Assembly: GCA_043804515.1 (NCBI GenBank)
Contig: JAZDIZ010000048.1
Span: 1-16,644 of the forward strand
Reading direction: 5' to 3'
Source: Pseudomonadota bacterium
Lineage (GTDB): Bacteria; Bdellovibrionota_G; JALEGL01; DATDPG01
Length of the DNA: 16,644 bases
Positions 7,677 to 16,644 of the stretch are shown in pieces. The notes under the pieces are model-generated. The model made no database searches. It worked only from the letters and a program-made list of their open reading frames with translations, and was not told the origin of the DNA. The stretch's first letter is position 1. Each line of letters starts with the position of its first letter. Both the position numbers and the translations under genes were made by a program.

Positions 7677-8754
7677 ATGCGGCTAACACGGCTCCGGCTT
7701 CGCTCGATTCGGGCCTACGATTACGCCCAGTTGGATCCGCCGCCGGGGATGGCGGTCCTTTTCGGCCCCAACGGGGAAGGTAAGACCACGATTTTGGAGG
7801 CGGCGGGCTTCCTGGGGACGCTTCGGTCGTTCCGAACCGGTCGCTCCGCCCACCTCCTGAAAACAGGCTCCTCCGCGGGCGAAATCACCGGAAGGTTCTC
7901 CGAGCCGGCCATCGAGCGCTCCGTCGAGATCCGCCCGAACGGAAAGCGCCTTACGCAAAACGGTGGCCACGTGTTTCGGGCGCCGGCTTTTATCGAGGGG
8001 TTCCGCGTAGTGATTCTGGCTCCCGAGCACGCGGGGATCGTCGGCGGCGCCGCGGAAGAACGCCGGCGGTTCCTGGACCGCCTGCTCTTTTCCTTGAACC
8101 CTGGGTACCTGGACTTCTTCCTGCGCTATCATCGGGCGCTTCGCCAGAAGCAAGCGCTTCTGAAGGCAAAGCTTCCCCTTCGGTCCTTTCTGGACCAGGT
8201 CGCTCCCTGGAACATCGAGCTGGCCTCGTATGCCGAGGTGATTCGCAAGGAGCGCCGCGGCCTGACGGCGAACGTGCGGCCGCTCTTAAGCGCGACGCTG
8301 GAAAGCCTTGCGCCCCAGAACGGCGAGGTGTCTCTGGAATATAGCGAACCGGCGGTGCCGTTGCCCGAGGAGCTGGCGGAAAGAGCCGCCGCGGAACATG
8401 CGGCGGGGAAGGCCCTTTGCGGGCCGCATCGGGACGACCTCGTCATTTGTTTGAGGGGCGAGGAGGCGGGCCGCGTGGCGAGCCAGGGGGAGCGTGCCTC
8501 GATTCTCCTGGGGCTCAAACTCTCGGAGACGGCCCTGATCGAAAAGGGAGCGGGGGATCCGCCGATGCTGCTCCTGGACGATCTGGGCGCGACGCTGGAC
8601 GCGGCCCGCAGGGCCAAGCTCCTGGCGCACCTGGAGGGGGGCGCCTATCAGGGTCTGGTCACGACGGCGGACGATGGCGTTCTGAGGGCCGCCATGGGCG
8701 TGGGCGCGCGGGCGTTTCGAAAAAAAACAGAGCAATCTCCCGAGGGTTTTTCGA

Positions 8755-8777
<23 letters not shown>
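7677..8777 (+). CDS. recF: DNA replication/repair protein RecF (divergent)
   Basis: Walker A GPNGEGKTTILEA, RSFRT, ERRRFLD, GPHRDDL, ASQG, Walker B LLLDD. It lies between dnaN and gyrB. Confidence 0.93.
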
Positions 8778-11270
<2,493 letters not shown>

Positions 11271-11277
11271 GGCATAG

Positions 11278-13740
<2,463 letters not shown>

Positions 13741-13758
13741 GTCCGAAGCAAATCGCGG

Positions 13759-14688
13759 CTATTGAAGATCCTCGAGCGTGACGGAAACCGCGTGTCGGTA
13801 GTACAGGTCCACGCTTATGCCCCAGCCGCGAACACCAGAGACATCTGCCCAGAGGACAGACTGCTCCCCGTAGATCGGAGGCGAGGCGAGAAGGTCTTCC
13901 GTCGACCCGGAGGATGCGAGATCCGTGAACGTGCCCAGGCCACCATTCGAGGAGCAAAGCAGTTGGCCGTTGAGGAATACCAACGCGGCAAGCTCGGCGG
14001 CGCCGCAGAAATTGGGCCGGTCGGGCGGCAACTGCTGCGCGAAGCCGAACAAGAACTGCGCATTTACGACCACGCGGACGAGCGTGTCTTCAGCGTCGGG
14101 GCGAGAGACGTGGCCGCGTAGAATGATCGGCCCTTTGTGATTAACCAAATAACAAGGCGGCCTCGTCGAATCGTGGAGGCCCAGGGTCGAAGGGTCCGCG
14201 CACTTATCCGGCGTCGGCCAGGACGTGTCGTCGTATGCCGGCGCCGCGTACAACCGAAACAAATCAACAGAGATGACGTCGAAGCTGCTATCGGCGACGC
14301 CGGAGAGCTTGTTTCCTCGCCAGGTTACATTCCGGGTCCAATCGGCCGCGGAAGTCTCCACATGAACGCTCCGTTCGGCGATGAGGGGGTCGGAGTCTTC
14401 GTTGTCGGCCACGCCGTCCCCGTCGGTATCCGCAACACACGGGTTGGTGCGAGGGTCGGCATTCCACTCGTCGCCGTCCGAGAGGCCGTCCCCGTCCGTG
14501 TCGGCGTTCGTGGAATCAAGGCACGCGGTGGCGAGCTCGAACTCGTTGGTCAGGCCGTCATTGTCGTCGTCTGTGCTTATGCTTGGGTTCTGTTTTTCAA
14601 TTTCCGAGCCGTCGATGCCCGACTTGGTACTACAGGCGCCCAGGAGAACGAACAAAGTCAGAAGAGAAAGAATCCGAAACCGAGTCAT
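13759..14688 (-). CDS. Uncharacterised lipoprotein with bacterial TSP3-like Ca-binding repeats and a putative galactose-binding-like C-terminal domain
   Basis: Start re-assigned to ATG 14688 (GAGG upstream): MTRFRILSLLTLFVLLGA-C, a signal peptide II with lipobox. Repeats are DDDNDGLTNEFE, DTDGDGLSDGDE and DTDGDGVADNED. The C-terminal part contains AAPAYDDTSW and VFLNGQ. Confidence 0.8.
   Translation of the reverse strand: MTRFRILSLLTLFVLLGACSTKSGIDGSEIEKQNPSISTDDDNDGLTNEFELATACLDSTNADTDGDGLSDGDEWNADPRTNPCVADTDGDGVADNEDSDPLIAERSVHVETSAADWTRNVTWRGNKLSGVADSSFDVISVDLFRLYAAPAYDDTSWPTPDKCADPSTLGLHDSTRPPCYLVNHKGPIILRGHVSRPDAEDTLVRVVVNAQFLFGFAQQLPPDRPNFCGAAELAALVFLNGQLLCSSNGGLGTFTDLASSGSTEDLLASPPIYGEQSVLWADVSGVRGWGISVDLYYRHAVSVTLEDLQ
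14383..14571 (-). repeat. Three DxDxDG acidic repeats (coding), about 23-24 aa period
   Basis: Residues 40-102 of the lipoprotein: D-x-D-x-D-G-[LV]-x-[ND]-x-x-[ED] units separated by LDSTNA and TNPCVA. Confidence 0.8.
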
Positions 14689-14710
14689 AAGGCCTCTTGA
14701 ATGGACTCTT

Positions 14711-14727
14711 TGCAAGGGCCGAGCCAG
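14711..14727 (-). promoter_or_regulatory. Sigma54 (RpoN) -24/-12 promoter of the lipoprotein gene
   Basis: The minus strand reads CTGGCTCGGCCCTTGCA against consensus YTGGCACGNNNNTTGCW (1 mismatch, exact GG-N10-GC spacing). The predicted +1 near 14700 gives a roughly 12-nt leader containing GAGG. Confidence 0.75.
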
Positions 14728-14925
14728 AGACCCCCCCCAAGACACGCAAAAAATTCATACAATTTCAGCGGGTTGGATCATGCCAAGAGGGATGCGACAT
14801 ATCAGCGCGGGCAAGTGTGAAAACGGTTGCATAGGTTGAGCCGATTTCAGGCGAGAAAGGGCCGGGCCCAGACACGCCGCACCCGCGCTTGCCGCCGGGG
14901 ACAACCTCGGGCACTCTCTCTTCCG

Positions 14926-15717
14926 GTGCGGTTCTTCTTTCTCATGGCAACGCTTCTCGTGGCGTCTTGCGCCACGGCCGACCTCCAAACAGCGAAGGAA
15001 ATGATCCGCCAACAGAAATACTACAACGCAATGGAGATCTATCTGGCGTTCGTGCGCGAGCACCCCGACCATCGCCGGGCCCCGGAAGCCCTCTTGGAAG
15101 TCGGAACCATCCAGGAAACCATGCTGAATGAGCCAAGGAAGGCGCTGGGGACGTATCAAAAGCTCGTGGGGATGTATCCCGTGAACCGATACACGCTCCA
15201 GGCCCAACGGCGGATCGCGGAGATCTACAAGAACAAGCTGAGCGATTACCGGCAGGCGGTCGTGGAGTACGAAAAGCTGATCCAGGGGGCGCCGAACGAG
15301 CCCTTCGCCGCGCAATACCAGCTCGAAATCGCGCGCTGTTACACACAGCTGCACAATTACGAGCAGGCCGAGCTCGAATACCAGGCGCTTCTGGCGAAGT
15401 ACCCGAAGGCGGAAAACCTGGACGAGGTTTATTTCCAGATGGGGAACAACGCGTACATCGGGGCGAGGTACCGAGACGCCGTCTCGGCCTATCGGACGGT
15501 GGATGAGAGGTATCCGAAGTCGGAGTTCCGCACTCAGGCCGTTTTCGGCCTTGCGGGCGCCTACGAAGAGCTGGAGGACTGGGCTGAGGCGCGAAAGCAA
15601 TACCAGCGGGCGGCAAAGGACTATCCGCAGCCGAAAGTCGTGGAAATCCGCCTCCAGGGGCTGGCCAAACGCGAAAAACGGCAGGAAACCGTTTCCGCCG
15701 GCGCCCATTTACGATAA
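14926..15717 (+). CDS. TPR-repeat lipoprotein (BamD/CpoB-like fold)
   Basis: Lipobox in RFFFLMATLLVAS-C. Tandem TPR units: HPDHRRAPEALLEVG, YPVNRYTLQAQRRIAEIY, AQYQLEIARCY, YPKAENLDEVYFQMG, YPKSEFRTQAVFGLAGAY. The start is uncertain: the ORF is open from 14827, and GTG 14926 gives the best signal peptide. Confidence 0.85.
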   Translation: MRFFFLMATLLVASCATADLQTAKEMIRQQKYYNAMEIYLAFVREHPDHRRAPEALLEVGTIQETMLNEPRKALGTYQKLVGMYPVNRYTLQAQRRIAEIYKNKLSDYRQAVVEYEKLIQGAPNEPFAAQYQLEIARCYTQLHNYEQAELEYQALLAKYPKAENLDEVYFQMGNNAYIGARYRDAVSAYRTVDERYPKSEFRTQAVFGLAGAYEELEDWAEARKQYQRAAKDYPQPKVVEIRLQGLAKREKRQETVSAGAHLR

Positions 15718-15737
15718 AAAAAGATCTGACATATACT
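15708..15737 (+). promoter_or_regulatory. Candidate sigma70 promoter of hemL
   Basis: TTTACG(15708-15713)-18-TATACT(15732-15737), ending 8 nt before the GTG start. Confidence 0.55.
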
Positions 15738-15745
15738 GAGCCGTC

Positions 15746-16644
15746 GTGGGATCCGGAAGCCTTTCAAAAGAATTGTTCGACTCATCCAAGAAGCTGATTC
15801 CGGGAGGCGTCAGCTCCCCGGTGCGCTCCTTCAACGCCGTGGGAGGCGAGCCTTTGTTCATCGAACGAGGGAAGGGCTCGAAAATCATCGACGCCGACCA
15901 GCAGGAATACATCGATTACGTGATGAGCTGGGGCCCGTTGATCTTCGGCCACGCGCACCCGGAGATCCTCGGAAAGATCTCGAAAGTGCTCGAGAGGGGA
16001 ACGTCGTTCGGCGCCCCGACCGGGTTCGAGCTGGAACTGGCCAAGCTGATTTGCGACGCGTTCCCGTCCATCGAGATGGTGCGCTTCGTGAATTCGGGGA
16101 CGGAAGCCACGATGTCGGCGATCCGGCTGGCGCGCGCCTACACCGACCGGAAGTACATTCTGAAGTTCGAGGGATGCTACCACGGGCACGTAGACTCGCT
16201 TCTGGTCAGAGCCGGGTCCGGGGTTGCGACACAGGCGACTCCGGGGTCTCCCGGGGTTCTCCAGGAGGTCACGCAGTTCACCTTGAGCGTGCCGTACAAC
16301 GACCTCTCCACCACGCGCCGGGCGTTGGAAGTGTATCCGCGCGACGTGGCCGCGATCATCGTGGAGCCGGTCGCCGGGAACATGGGCGTCGTTCTGCCCG
16401 AGGTGGGGTTTTTAAAGGGTCTGCGCGACCTGGCCACGGAATTCGGGGCGCTCCTCATTTTCGACGAGGTGATCACGGGATTCCGCGTGGCGAGGGGAGG
16501 CGCTCAGGAGAAATACAGCGTCCAGGCGGACCTGACATGTCTGGGAAAAATCATCGGCGGAGGCCTTCCGGTCGGGGCGTACGGAGGCAGGCGGGACATC
16601 ATGGAAATGCTGGCCCCGACGGGGCCGGTCTACCAGGCGGGGAC
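15746..16644 (+). CDS. hemL: Glutamate-1-semialdehyde 2,1-aminomutase (partial, 3' end beyond right edge)
   Basis: Translated by hand from GTG 15746 (in-frame TGA at 15737): [86 protein letters not shown]-lysine [16 protein letters not shown]. Confidence 0.97.
   Translation, partial: MGSGSLSKELFDSSKKLIPGGVSSPVRSFNAVGGEPLFIERGKGSKIIDADQQEYIDYVMSWGPLIFGHAHPEILGKISKVLERGTSFGAPTGFELELAKLICDAFPSIEMVRFVNSGTEATMSAIRLARAYTDRKYILKFEGCYHGHVDSLLVRAGSGVATQATPGSPGVLQEVTQFTLSVPYNDLSTTRRALEVYPRDVAAIIVEPVAGNMGVVLPEVGFLKGLRDLATEFGALLIFDEVITGFRVARGGAQEKYSVQADLTCLGKIIGGGLPVGAYGGRRDIMEMLAPTGPVYQAG

Noticed and set aside
14689..14745. Upstream extension of the lipoprotein ORF (328 aa call)
   Set aside because: It would bury the signal peptide and runs through the sigma54 promoter.

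Overview
This is a GC-rich bacterial chromosomal replication-origin region. The 49-aa L34 with an LAVSIASK tail, the long-form GyrB and a sigma54/IHF-type promoter suggest a deltaproteobacterial-grade organism, but that is inference only. The minus strand carries rpmH-rnpA-yidD-yidC-jag(eloR/khpB)-mnmE (mnmE runs off the left edge). The plus strand carries dnaA-[oriC]-dnaN-recF-gyrB-gyrA, followed by a TPR lipoprotein and hemL (runs off the right edge). The dnaA-dnaN gap holds DnaA boxes plus a DnaA-trio-like unwinding module. One accessory gene lies convergent to gyrA. It encodes a lipoprotein with three DxDxDG Ca-binding (TSP3-like) repeats and a probable galactose-binding-like domain, and it has a near-consensus sigma54 promoter. 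Other points of note are a GyrB TOPRIM motif lacking its catalytic Glu (possibly a sequence error), a hairpin-rich rpmH-dnaA spacer, two candidate leaderless genes and an atypical Jag. Most of the window is conserved housekeeping. I found no mobile element, CRISPR array, tRNA or rRNA, and no clear multi-gene novel system.
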